DNA of 64,000 nucleotides from Pelagibacteraceae bacterium AG-325-J17. GTDB lineage: Bacteria; Pseudomonadota; Alphaproteobacteria; Pelagibacterales; Pelagibacteraceae. The stretch is taken from assembly GCA_003282825.1 (NCBI GenBank), contig QBYM01000005.1, positions 15,223 through 79,222 of the forward strand, in the 5' to 3' direction. Made by a program: the position numbers and the translations under genes. Under the pieces are notes generated by a model. The model was not told where the DNA came from, did not search any database, and worked only from the letters and a program-made list of their open reading frames with translations. Below, in pieces: positions 41,940 to 50,810 of the stretch; the stretch's first letter is position 1; each line of letters begins with the position of its first letter.

Positions 41940-42455
41940 ATGCCTATAACACCTTTCCATATTATTGCTGGATTTGCAGTTAAGTCTATTTTTAACAAAC
42001 ACTTTAGTTGGTCAATATTTGCATTAACAAATATTATTATAGATGTAGAAGTAATATATTATATTTTTACAGTAGGCGAAGCTTCTCATAAATTCTTTCA
42101 TACATTAATTGGATCATCTATTATCGCCTTGTGCTGTGCAATTATTGGTATACCTATTTGTGAGAGAGTACTTAAATTTTGGAACAATAATTTGCAAAAT
42201 GAAAAAAGTTTAGCAAAATTAAAATGGCTTAGTACCGAGTCTGATATAAGTGTTGTTTCATCTTTTACAGGTGCATTTTTTGGAGCATATAGCCATATTT
42301 TGTTAGATAGCTTTATGCACTTTGATGTCAAACCATTTGAACCTTTTTTCAGCAAAACTTTTGTTGGAATAATTTCAATAGACTCACTCCACCTATCTTT
42401 AGTAGGATTATTTATATTTGGTTTAATTGTTTATTTGTTTAGAAAATTTAGATGA
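41940..42455 (+). CDS. membrane-bound metal-dependent hydrolase-like protein (DUF4184/YdjM-like)
   Basis: MPITPFH, HKFFHT, SHILLD motifs with TM helices. Confidence 0.7.
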   Translation: MPITPFHIIAGFAVKSIFNKHFSWSIFALTNIIIDVEVIYYIFTVGEASHKFFHTLIGSSIIALCCAIIGIPICERVLKFWNNNLQNEKSLAKLKWLSTESDISVVSSFTGAFFGAYSHILLDSFMHFDVKPFEPFFSKTFVGIISIDSLHLSLVGLFIFGLIVYLFRKFR

Positions 42456-42964
42456 ATCGTAAAGCTTTTACATTAATAGAACTATTAGTTGTCGTAGCAA
42501 TCATTGGTATTCTAGCTGCAATAGGAGTAGTTGCTTATAATGGGTATACAGCTAGTGCTAAATCACCAACAACTCAATCAAATCATAAGCTTGTGTCAAA
42601 TTATATTCAGAATGAATTGAAGAAATGTGATTTAGGTGAAAGTAATATAATGGCAAGCAAAGGTGCATCATTAAGATGTAACGGTCTAAGTTCAGCAAGT
42701 GTAATCAATTATATTGTTGCATCTAACTATTCTCCATTTTCAGATCTTAAAAATATTTACAACCCAAATTCTAATCAACAGGCGCAATCCCAAGGTGTTA
42801 GACAACATAATAGTTGGGTGCAAAATTTGAATTGGTCAGATAATGACGTTGGAACTATATGGCTTGCTCCAAAAAGTAATTCTGAAATTCATGTTAGAAC
42901 TTGTTTTGAAACTTCTTGCTCAACTTCTTCAAATCGAATTGAAACTATGATTTATATAGAATAA
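42452..42964 (+). CDS. type IV pilin-like protein 13
   Basis: prepilin motif; CFETSC. Confidence 0.93.
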   Translation: MNRKAFTLIELLVVVAIIGILAAIGVVAYNGYTASAKSPTTQSNHKLVSNYIQNELKKCDLGESNIMASKGASLRCNGLSSASVINYIVASNYSPFSDLKNIYNPNSNQQAQSQGVRQHNSWVQNLNWSDNDVGTIWLAPKSNSEIHVRTCFETSCSTSSNRIETMIYIE

Positions 42965-43506
42965 TGAAACAAAAAGGATTTACGCTCATAGAACTCCTAG
43001 TCGTTGTAGCCATCATCGGTATCTTAGCTGCAGTAGGAGTGGTTGCTTATAATGGATATACTAAAGCTGCAAAAATTAATGCAGTAAAACATAATTTCAA
43101 AGAAATAGTTAACTTCATAAATTTAAATTATACTAAATGTGATTTAGGTGAACCTGTGATGATGAATGATCAATCAGGAAATTCTAAAGATGTTACTAAT
43201 TCTTATTGCAATAATAGCCCCTTAGGTGCTTGTCATATTTTGATTGCACATTTCAAATCATTAAAATGGAAAAATCCGTACACAGATCACTATATTCAAA
43301 ATAGTATTGATAGTGAGTATGTTTTGCATTGTAGTAACTCTGGATATCCGTCATCTAAATTAAATAATAGCCAAGCTGCTGGATATATATTTATAACAAA
43401 TGTATCTGGATCACCTAAAACTATGCGTCTTGCAATGAGGTGGGATAATGATTACAGCGGAAATTGGTCTCAAAGATATTCAAGAAATGATATAACCACA
43501 CCATAA
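42964..43506 (+). CDS. type IV pilin-like protein 14
   Basis: KG/FTLIE motif. Confidence 0.93.
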   Translation: MKQKGFTLIELLVVVAIIGILAAVGVVAYNGYTKAAKINAVKHNFKEIVNFINLNYTKCDLGEPVMMNDQSGNSKDVTNSYCNNSPLGACHILIAHFKSLKWKNPYTDHYIQNSIDSEYVLHCSNSGYPSSKLNNSQAAGYIFITNVSGSPKTMRLAMRWDNDYSGNWSQRYSRNDITTP

Positions 43507-43510
43507 GTTT

Positions 43511-44005
43511 ATGAATAGAAAAGCCTTCACCCTAATAGAACTCCTAGTCGTTGTAGCAATCATAGGTATTTTGGCTGCTGTAGGTGTGGTCGCTTATAAT
43601 GGGTATACCAGTGCAGCTAAAGTTAATGCAGCAAAAACTAATTTTACTACTGTAGTTAAATATATTGCAAGTGAAATGAAAAAATGTGAATTAGGAATTG
43701 ATCCTATTTTTGATAAAAATTTAACTTGTGCAAATTTTACTAATAGTAACAAAGTTGCTGTACTAGTTAGTAATTCAACTGCTATGGCTTTAAACAATAA
43801 ATTAGAAAATCCGTATAAAGATAGAGCATCAATTATTTATGCTGTTGCAACAAGTGGTAGGGCAACAAATAATCAAAATATAGGTATTGTGATTGTTACT
43901 TACGGTACGCAAACTAATAGCAGAACGATTAATGTTGCAATATGTTATAAAGAAAATTGTTCGGATAGCTCCAATAGATCTGAAACAAATCTAACAATAG
44001 AATAA
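43511..44005 (+). CDS. type IV pilin-like protein 15
   Basis: prepilin motif; CYKENC. Confidence 0.93.
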   Translation: MNRKAFTLIELLVVVAIIGILAAVGVVAYNGYTSAAKVNAAKTNFTTVVKYIASEMKKCELGIDPIFDKNLTCANFTNSNKVAVLVSNSTAMALNNKLENPYKDRASIIYAVATSGRATNNQNIGIVIVTYGTQTNSRTINVAICYKENCSDSSNRSETNLTIE

Positions 44006-44125
44006 GAGCAAAGGTAGACTACTTGATTGGTCTACAAAAGTGGTAGCACTATGGTAACACTTATTGCTACCAAATTTCTTAATTTGGATTTAGCAAAAAT
44101 AATTAGTATTGATTTTATTGAGTGA

Positions 44126-44176
44126 TGGTGCCCCCGCACGGATTCGAACCGCGGACCTATTGATTACAAATCAATT
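44126..44176 (-). repeat. tRNA-Thr 3'-half copy (att-like)
   Basis: 51 bp identical to the tRNA 3' end. Confidence 0.97.
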
Positions 44177-44272
44177 ATAAAACTTTAAATAGATATTTAT
44201 TTTCAACGAAATTAGATATTTCACTTTGATCTAGTCACACTGACGTCACAGTGGTATATTTTTTTTATATTT

Positions 44273-45214
44273 ATGAACGTCTCAAAGTTAACAAAAGTTA
44301 AAATTAAAGATATATGGAAAACTGAGGATAGAGATTTCACACCTTGGTTAGTTGAAAATATTGCAAGATTAAATGAAGACATTGGATTTAACATTCAAGA
44401 TCCACAAAAAGAAAATAGATTAGAAAATTTTATAGTTGATATCGTTGGTGAAGATGATGAGGGGAAAGTTATAATTGAAAACCAATACAATAAATCAGAC
44501 CACGATCATTTAGGAAAACTTTTAACTTATTTGAGCAATGTTGCTGGTACTAAGAAAGCAATTTGGATTGTAGAGGAGGCCAGAGCCGATCATTTAACGA
44601 CTATAAATTGGTTAAATGAAAATGTAGAAACGTGTTCATTCTATCTTGTGAAAATAGAAGTTTTTAAAATTCAAAATAGTCCGCCTGCAGCTAACTTTAA
44701 TTTATTAGCTGGACCAACTGAAATAACTAAAATTAAACAAAAAATAAACGTAGAGGATTCTAATAGGGGAAAAGCAAGATACGATTTTTGGTCTTTGTTT
44801 TTAGAGAGAGCAAAATCAAAAACAAATATGTATGGAACTACTACCCCAAGAATATATTCTTGGCTTGGTATTAGTTCAGGATTAAGAGGTGTTGGATATA
44901 ATTGTGCTGTGAATAAAAATTCAGCACAAGCTGAAGTTTATATTGATAGGGGAAAAGATGCTCCTAATGAGAATAACGATATATTCAAAGTATTAGAGCA
45001 GAACAAAGAAAAAATTGAAAAAGATTTTGGTGGTCAATTAATGTGGGAACCATTGCCCGAAAGTAGAGCTTGTAGGATCAAAGCTGTTATTGATTTAGGA
45101 GGATGGCAAGATGAAGATAAATGGGAAGAAGTACACAATAAATTAATTGAAAATTGTATAAATTTAAAAAAATCATTCGATCCTATAATTAAAGATTTAG
45201 TTAAAAAATATTAA
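44273..45214 (+). CDS. PD-(D/E)XK nuclease-like domain fused to a DUF4268-like domain
   Basis: EDRDFTPWL, VDIVG...IIENQ, DHDHLGK N-domain; FW...YID...IEKDFG..L.W C-domain. Confidence 0.7.
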   Translation: MNVSKLTKVKIKDIWKTEDRDFTPWLVENIARLNEDIGFNIQDPQKENRLENFIVDIVGEDDEGKVIIENQYNKSDHDHLGKLLTYLSNVAGTKKAIWIVEEARADHLTTINWLNENVETCSFYLVKIEVFKIQNSPPAANFNLLAGPTEITKIKQKINVEDSNRGKARYDFWSLFLERAKSKTNMYGTTTPRIYSWLGISSGLRGVGYNCAVNKNSAQAEVYIDRGKDAPNENNDIFKVLEQNKEKIEKDFGGQLMWEPLPESRACRIKAVIDLGGWQDEDKWEEVHNKLIENCINLKKSFDPIIKDLVKKY

Positions 45215-45236
45215 ATGAAAAATTTTAACAGGCGCA

Positions 45237-45566
45237 ATGACAAACAAAGTATTTAAATCAGCAGTAGTAGTAGATGATTATAAAGTTTTTTATAATTTTC
45301 ATAAAAAAAAAGATCTTAATAGTTTAAACGCAATGGGAAACTTTTATAGGTTTTCACACCAACAAAAACAAATTCAAAATTTTTTAGAATCATATTTTAT
45401 TAAAAATGGGAAACCAAAAATTGGAGATGAAATTTATTTTGATACTCAGCCTGGAAAAATAGAAATAATACAAATTGAAGAAAATTATATCAGAGATGAC
45501 TTAGAGCAAGAATTACACGAAATTGAGTTAGAGTTTGAAAAGTTAAAAAAAAATAAAGCTAAATGA
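45237..45566 (+). CDS. hypothetical protein
   Basis: 109-aa ORF filling the cassette. Confidence 0.6.
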   Translation: MTNKVFKSAVVVDDYKVFYNFHKKKDLNSLNAMGNFYRFSHQQKQIQNFLESYFIKNGKPKIGDEIYFDTQPGKIEIIQIEENYIRDDLEQELHEIELEFEKLKKNKAK

Positions 45567-45672
45567 CAACTTAACAAATTCACAATCTATTCACACTATA
45601 GTCACACTCAATAGAGAAATTTGAATAATAATAAAATTATCAAAAAAAATTAATGTTGATTTTATTGAATAA

Positions 45673-45721
45673 TGGTGCCCCCGCACGGATTCGAACCGCG
45701 GACCTATTGATTACAAATCAA
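45673..45721 (-). repeat. tRNA-Thr 3'-half copy (att-like)
   Basis: 49 bp identical to the tRNA 3' end. Confidence 0.97.
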
Positions 45722-46483
45722 GACTCATTTGTTAAATAAACATTATCTCTCAACGTTTACAGATATTTAATTTAAGTTTGACCGCACAATGTCCGCCGTG
45801 TAGGTTTTGATTGATGAAAAAACTTCTATCGATCATCGTTCTGGGTTTGTTGTTAAGTGGTAATGCTTATGCTGAAGAAATTTATTATAAGTGTGTTATT
45901 AAAATGGGTTTAAGCAGAGCTGAAACTTTTCTTCCATTTGAAAAAGGCAAAGATTTTGGTTTAATGTATTTTAAACTAGACAAAAAAAAATCTAAAATAA
46001 CAATCCATGAAGAATTGTTTGGTGACAAATTAAATAAAATTGTAAAAAAAATTGATTTCATTGGAAAAAGTAATGTCGAAATTATAGTTGATAAACCTGT
46101 CAGAGGGTCAAAATGGGTTAAAACTATTAAACTTAATTCTTTGAATAGTTTTAATAAGCAAGATGGAACTGGCTTATTTATCAAGGGCTCTGAATACATA
46201 AATCATAAATCTAAAATTTATGATTATGATTTTGAAAGTAATTTTTGTGTTGGACCTCTTGATGGAGGCAAAGTATTAAAAGGCAAAGAAGCAAAAAAAA
46301 AATATAAAGAATGGCTAAAACCTTAATAGCATATTACATGATCACTTAATCCAACCGCAATCTGTCCGCACTATACGTTTAAATTTAGTTAAATCTTAAA
46401 TTAGTAAAAATAATAAGTGTTGATTTTATTAAGTGATGGTGCCCCCGCACGGATTCGAACCGCGGACCTATTGATTACAAATC
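45720..46483. mobile_element. integrase-less single-gene cassette T-F (tRNA-proximal)
   Basis: ACCGCA...TGTCCGC repeats at left (45781-45796) and right (46354-46372). Confidence 0.8.
45814..46326 (+). CDS. exported hypothetical protein
   Basis: signal peptide MKKLLSIIVLGLLLSGNAYA-E. Confidence 0.75.
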   Translation: MKKLLSIIVLGLLLSGNAYAEEIYYKCVIKMGLSRAETFLPFEKGKDFGLMYFKLDKKKSKITIHEELFGDKLNKIVKKIDFIGKSNVEIIVDKPVRGSKWVKTIKLNSLNSFNKQDGTGLFIKGSEYINHKSKIYDYDFESNFCVGPLDGGKVLKGKEAKKKYKEWLKP

Positions 46484-46512
46484 AATTGCTCTACCAGCTG
46501 AGCTACAAGGGC
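46437..46512 (-). tRNA. tRNA-Thr(TGT)
   Basis: reverse complement GCCCTTGTAGCTCAG...ATTGA-TTTGTAA-TCAAT...GGTTCGAATCC...CACCA. Confidence 0.98.
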
Positions 46513-46545
46513 ATGTGCAACAATTATTTTGAATTTACAGAATAA

Positions 46546-47289
46546 TCAACTCTTTTTTTTTATATAATTTAAATGATGGAATACAATAGCTGCACTATTT
46601 GATATATTTAAACTTTCTATTTTTTTATCTATTTCTATTCTAACTAAAAAATCAGCATATTTGGAAGTATGTTCATGCATACCAGAGCCTTCAGACCCAA
46701 AAAGTAAAACGTTGTTTCCTTGCCATTTAATATCTGTAAAATCTTTATTACCATATCCATCAAAACCATAAACCCAAAAATTTTTGTTTTTTAAATTTTT
46801 TAAGGTCGAATTAATATTTGATACTTCAAAAATATTCATATATTCTATAGAACCACTCGCCGCTTTATACATGAGTTTACTTTCGTTTGGAAAGTGTCTT
46901 TCTTTGACTATAATTCCATCGATTTTAAATGAAGCTGCACTTCTAATTAACGATCCAATATTTCTTGGGTCAGTTACACCATCCAAACAAACAAGAGTTG
47001 TTTCTTTTTTTTCTTTTATAAAATCTTTGAGAATTGGTTTTTCGAGATGCTCAATTTCTGCCACATAATTTTGGTGTAATAAATTTTCTTTAGTGCTGTA
47101 TTTATCTAATTCTTTTTTGGTCTTAAAATATACTTTAACATCATCTAGTAAATTTTTTTTTGGACTTTTTCGATGAATATTTTTTTTACTTTCTTCAGTT
47201 AAAAAAACTCTTAAAACCTTCCTTTTTGGATTTTTTAATGCTTCTATTACAGCATGCTGACCAATAATAAAAAATGATGATTTGTTCAT
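46546..47289 (-). CDS. rlmB: 23S rRNA Gm2251 methyltransferase (TrmH/RlmB family)
   Basis: DPRNIGSLIRSA, GSEGSG, ESLNIS. Confidence 0.9.
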   Translation of the reverse strand: MNKSSFFIIGQHAVIEALKNPKRKVLRVFLTEESKKNIHRKSPKKNLLDDVKVYFKTKKELDKYSTKENLLHQNYVAEIEHLEKPILKDFIKEKKETTLVCLDGVTDPRNIGSLIRSAASFKIDGIIVKERHFPNESKLMYKAASGSIEYMNIFEVSNINSTLKNLKNKNFWVYGFDGYGNKDFTDIKWQGNNVLLFGSEGSGMHEHTSKYADFLVRIEIDKKIESLNISNSAAIVFHHLNYIKKKS

Positions 47290-47417
47290 AAATTTATCCT
47301 AGTTTTACACGTTTTTTTGAATATTTTCCCATTAAATCACGTGTTGCATTTACATAAATAAAATATATAAAACGCATGTTGTTTGAAGCTTTATTGAACA
47401 GGGGACACTTCCCCAGA

Positions 47418-47503
47418 GGAGGGGTTCCAGAGCGGTCAAATGGGGCGGGCTGTAAACCCGTTGACTTCGGTCTTCGAAAGTTCGAATCTTTCCCCCTCCA
47501 CCA
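47418..47503 (+). tRNA. tRNA-Tyr(GTA)
   Basis: GCGGG-CTGTAAA-CCCGT anticodon arm, long variable arm, CCA. Confidence 0.96.
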
Positions 47504-47549
47504 TTCAATAAAATTTTAGATAATACTGGAGTGTTACTCTTGGGGTTGT

Positions 47550-47623
47550 GCGGGTGTAGTTCAATGGTAGAACGCTAGCCTTCCAAGCTGGATGTAAGGG
47601 TTCGATTCCCTTTACCCGCTCCA
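47550..47623 (+). tRNA. tRNA-Gly(TCC)
   Basis: CTAGC-CTTCCAA-GCTGG anticodon arm, CCA. Confidence 0.96.
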
Positions 47624-47664
47624 AGATTAAAATTATAAAAAAAAGAAATGTGAGGAAATAAGTA

Positions 47665-48855
47665 ATGTCAAAAGAAAAATTTGTAAGAAATAAACCGCAT
47701 TGTAATATTGGTACAATTGGTCATGTCGACCATGGTAAAACAACTCTGACAGCTGCGATCACTAAAGTTTTATCTGAAACAGGTGGTGCTAAAGCTGTAG
47801 CGTATGATCAAATTGATAAAGCTCCAGAAGAAAAAGAGAGAGGAATTACAATTTCAACTGCGCACGTAGAATATGAAACTGAAAAAAGACACTATGCACA
47901 TGTAGACTGTCCTGGTCACGCCGATTATGTTAAAAATATGATCACAGGTGCTGCTCAAATGGATGGTGCTATTTTAGTAGTTAATGCTGCTGATGGTCCT
48001 ATGCCTCAAACTAGAGAACATATTCTTTTAGCAAGACAAGTTGGTGTCCCAGCTATATGTGTTTACTTAAATAAAGTTGATCAAGTTGATGATAAAGAAA
48101 TGATTGATCTGGTAGAAGAAGAAATAAAAGAATTATTAACTTCTTATAAATTTCCAGGTGATAAAACTCCAATTGCTAAAGGTTCTGCACTTGCAGCGGT
48201 TGAGGGAAGAGATGATGAAATTGGAAAGAATTCAATTTTAGAGTTGATGAAAAATGTTGATGCTTTTATTCCACAACCTGATAGACCAAAAGACAAACCT
48301 TTCTTAATGCCTGTAGAGGATGTTTTCTCAATTTCTGGTAGAGGTACAGTTGCAACAGGAAGAGTTGAGTCAGGTGTACTTAAAACTGGTGATGAAATTG
48401 AAATAATTGGTATTAGAGAAACCAAAAAATCAGTTTGTACTGGGGTAGAAATGTTTAGAAAACTTTTAGATTCTGGTGAAGCTGGTGATAACGTTGGAGT
48501 ACTTTTAAGAGGTGTTGAAAGAACTGATATCGAAAGAGGTCAAGTTCTTTGCAAGCCTGGTTCAGTTACGCCACATACTAAATTTGAAGCTCAGGCTTAT
48601 GTACTTAAAAAAGAAGAAGGTGGAAGACACACTCCATTTTTTACAAAGTATAGACCACAGTTTTATTTTAGAACAACAGATGTAACAGGAGAAGTAGAAT
48701 TACCAGCTGGTACAGAGATGGTTATGCCAGGTGATGATGCTAAATTTACAGTTAAATTAATTACACCGATTGCGATGTCAGAAAAATTAAATTTTGCAAT
48801 TCGTGAAGGTGGAAGAACTGTTGGAGCTGGAGTAGTAACTAAAATTATAGAGTAA
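47665..48855 (+). CDS. tuf: elongation factor Tu
   Basis: [20 protein letters not shown]. Confidence 0.99.
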   Translation: MSKEKFVRNKPHCNIGTIGHVDHGKTTLTAAITKVLSETGGAKAVAYDQIDKAPEEKERGITISTAHVEYETEKRHYAHVDCPGHADYVKNMITGAAQMDGAILVVNAADGPMPQTREHILLARQVGVPAICVYLNKVDQVDDKEMIDLVEEEIKELLTSYKFPGDKTPIAKGSALAAVEGRDDEIGKNSILELMKNVDAFIPQPDRPKDKPFLMPVEDVFSISGRGTVATGRVESGVLKTGDEIEIIGIRETKKSVCTGVEMFRKLLDSGEAGDNVGVLLRGVERTDIERGQVLCKPGSVTPHTKFEAQAYVLKKEEGGRHTPFFTKYRPQFYFRTTDVTGEVELPAGTEMVMPGDDAKFTVKLITPIAMSEKLNFAIREGGRTVGAGVVTKIIE

Positions 48856-48864
48856 GCTCTATAT

Positions 48865-48940
48865 AGGAGTGTAGCTCAATTGGTAGAGCGCCGGTCTCCA
48901 AAACCGGAGGCTGAGGGTTCGAGTCCCTCCGCTCCTGCCA
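48865..48940 (+). tRNA. tRNA-Trp(CCA)
   Basis: CCGGT-CTCCAAA-ACCGG anticodon arm, CCA. Confidence 0.97.
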
Positions 48941-48958
48941 ATTTAGAGTTAATTTTTT

Positions 48959-49150
48959 ATGAAGAACCCATTTAAATTTATACAAGAAGTAAAACAAGAA
49001 GCTTTTAAGGTATCTTGGCCGACTGGAAAAGAAACACTTCAAGGAGCATTAATGGTTTTTGCAATGGCCGTCGTAATGTCATTATTTTTTTTACTCTTAG
49101 ATCAGGTTTTAAAATTTTTTCTTGAGATATTACTTAAGGTAAGTATTTAA
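48959..49150 (+). CDS. secE: preprotein translocase SecE
   Basis: KVSWP motif plus TM helix; lies between tRNA-Trp and nusG. Confidence 0.95.
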   Translation: MKNPFKFIQEVKQEAFKVSWPTGKETLQGALMVFAMAVVMSLFFLLLDQVLKFFLEILLKVSI

Positions 49151-49680
49151 TGAAAAATTGGTATATAGTTCAATCACACTCAAGCTTTGAAAATAAAGTA
49201 GCTGGATTAATTAAAGAAGAAGCTGATAAGGCTAAAATTTCAGACAAATTTGAAGAAATCATTGTGCCAACTCACGATGTTACAGAAGTTAAAAGAGGCA
49301 AGAGAATTCAAAGAAAAAAGAAATATTTTCCTGGATATGTTCTAATTAAAAGTGAAATGGATAATAACATTTACCATATGATAAAAAATATAAAGAGAGT
49401 TAGTGGTTTTTTAGGTACAAAAGGAATGCCAGTTCCAGTATCTGACAAAGAAATTGATAAGATTTTAGGCCAAATAAAAGATGGTGTAGCTCAGCCAAAA
49501 TCTGCTATAGAGTACGCAGTTGGAGAAAAAGTTCAAGTTATAGATGGACCATTTGCTTCGTTTAGTGGAATGGTTGAAGAGATAGATGAAGAAAAATCTA
49601 GATTGAAAGTCTCAGTTTCTATATTTGGTCGACCAACACCTGTTGATTTAGAATATAATCAAGTGGAAAAAGAAAGTTAA
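49150..49680 (+). CDS. nusG: transcription factor NusG
   Basis: FPGYVL, KOW motif GPFASF, IFGRPTP. Confidence 0.98.
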   Translation: MKNWYIVQSHSSFENKVAGLIKEEADKAKISDKFEEIIVPTHDVTEVKRGKRIQRKKKYFPGYVLIKSEMDNNIYHMIKNIKRVSGFLGTKGMPVPVSDKEIDKILGQIKDGVAQPKSAIEYAVGEKVQVIDGPFASFSGMVEEIDEEKSRLKVSVSIFGRPTPVDLEYNQVEKES

Positions 49681-49684
49681 AACA

Positions 49685-50116
49685 ATGGCAGCTAAAAAAG
49701 AAATAAGTGGATTTATAAAACTTCAAATTAAAGGTGGTCAAGCTAATCCTGCACCTCCAGTTGGTCCTGCATTAGGACAACGTGGTGTTAACATTATGGA
49801 GTTCTGTAAAGCTTTTAATGATAAAACAAAATCATTAGCTGGTAAACCTGTTCCAGTTGAAATAACTGTTTACAAAGATAAAAAATTTGATTTTAAAATA
49901 AAATCTCCACCTGCATCATTTTTTATAAGAGAAGCGGCAAAGTTAAAAAGTGGTTCTAAAGAACCAGGAAGAAATATAGTTGCATCAATTTCAAAAAAAC
50001 AAGCTGAGGATATAGCTAAACAAAAAATGGCAGATCTAAATGCAGTGGATCTAGAGCAAGCAGTAAAAATTATTTCAGGGTCTGCTAGATCAATGGGTAT
50101 AGAGGTTAAAGAATAA
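49685..50116 (+). CDS. rplK: 50S ribosomal protein L11
   Basis: [13 protein letters not shown]. Confidence 0.98.
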   Translation: MAAKKEISGFIKLQIKGGQANPAPPVGPALGQRGVNIMEFCKAFNDKTKSLAGKPVPVEITVYKDKKFDFKIKSPPASFFIREAAKLKSGSKEPGRNIVASISKKQAEDIAKQKMADLNAVDLEQAVKIISGSARSMGIEVKE

Positions 50117-50805
50117 TGAAATCTAAAAGATTTAAAAAACTTCCAGAAAAAACATCTGATCTACCATCAGAAATGATTGAAAGACTTTTACCTGTTGTAA
50201 AAAAAAATTGTACTACAAAATTTGATGAGTCGCTCGACATAAGTTTTCAAATCAATAACAAACAAAAGAAGAATGAAATTAATATAAGAACTGTAGTGAA
50301 TCTTCCAGGAGGTACTGGGAAAAAAGTTAAAGTAGCAGTTGTTTGTGAAGATGCAAAATCTTCTGAAGCAAAAACTGCTGAGGCAGATATTGTTGGTGGA
50401 GATGATTTCATTGAAAAAATAAAGAATGGTGAAATGAATTTTGAAAAACTAATCTGTACACCTACAATGATGATTAAACTGTCTAAGTTAGGTAAAGTTC
50501 TTGGACCTAAAGGTTTAATGCCTAATCCAAAACTAGGTTCAGTTACAGAAGATTTAAAAACTGCAATTTCAAATGCTAAATCAGGTCAAGCAGAAATTAG
50601 AAATGATAAAGATGGAAATATTGGTGTTAGTATTGGAAAAAAATCTTTTAATGATGACCAATTAGTTAAAAACTTTAACGCTGTGTTAGATACATTAGAA
50701 AAAGAAAAATCTAACAATACAGTTAAAGGAGATTTAATAAAATCAGCATTTATAACCTCAACTATGGGTGTTTCTTATAAATTGAAATTAGGTAAAAACA
50801 TTTAA
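50116..50805 (+). CDS. rplA: 50S ribosomal protein L1
   Basis: LGPKGLMPNPK. Confidence 0.98.
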   Translation: MKSKRFKKLPEKTSDLPSEMIERLLPVVKKNCTTKFDESLDISFQINNKQKKNEINIRTVVNLPGGTGKKVKVAVVCEDAKSSEAKTAEADIVGGDDFIEKIKNGEMNFEKLICTPTMMIKLSKLGKVLGPKGLMPNPKLGSVTEDLKTAISNAKSGQAEIRNDKDGNIGVSIGKKSFNDDQLVKNFNAVLDTLEKEKSNNTVKGDLIKSAFITSTMGVSYKLKLGKNI

Positions 50806-50810
50806 TTGTT

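Larger units (their letters stand above)
41847..44172. mobile_element. integrase-less cassette T-D
   Basis: CACTATGGTAACA at both left (41912-41924) and right (44047-44059) ends. Confidence 0.8.
44173..45719. mobile_element. integrase-less cassette T-E
   Basis: TAGTCACACT at left (44232-44241) and right (45599-45608), with further TCACA repeats at 11-bp period. Confidence 0.8.

Noticed and set aside
34434-44005. Diversity-generating retroelement or shufflon acting on the pilins
   Set aside because: No reverse transcriptase, no template/variable repeat pair differing at adenines, no invertase, and all genes lie in one orientation.
39000-46483. Repeated 47-51 bp sequence as a CRISPR array
   Set aside because: The repeats are tRNA-Thr 3' halves separated by gene-bearing segments of 0.7-2.3 kb; no cas genes are present.
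33419-46512. Classical integron or prophage
   Set aside because: No intI, no attC-type palindromes that I could identify, and no phage structural or replication genes; the boundaries are tRNA fragments.
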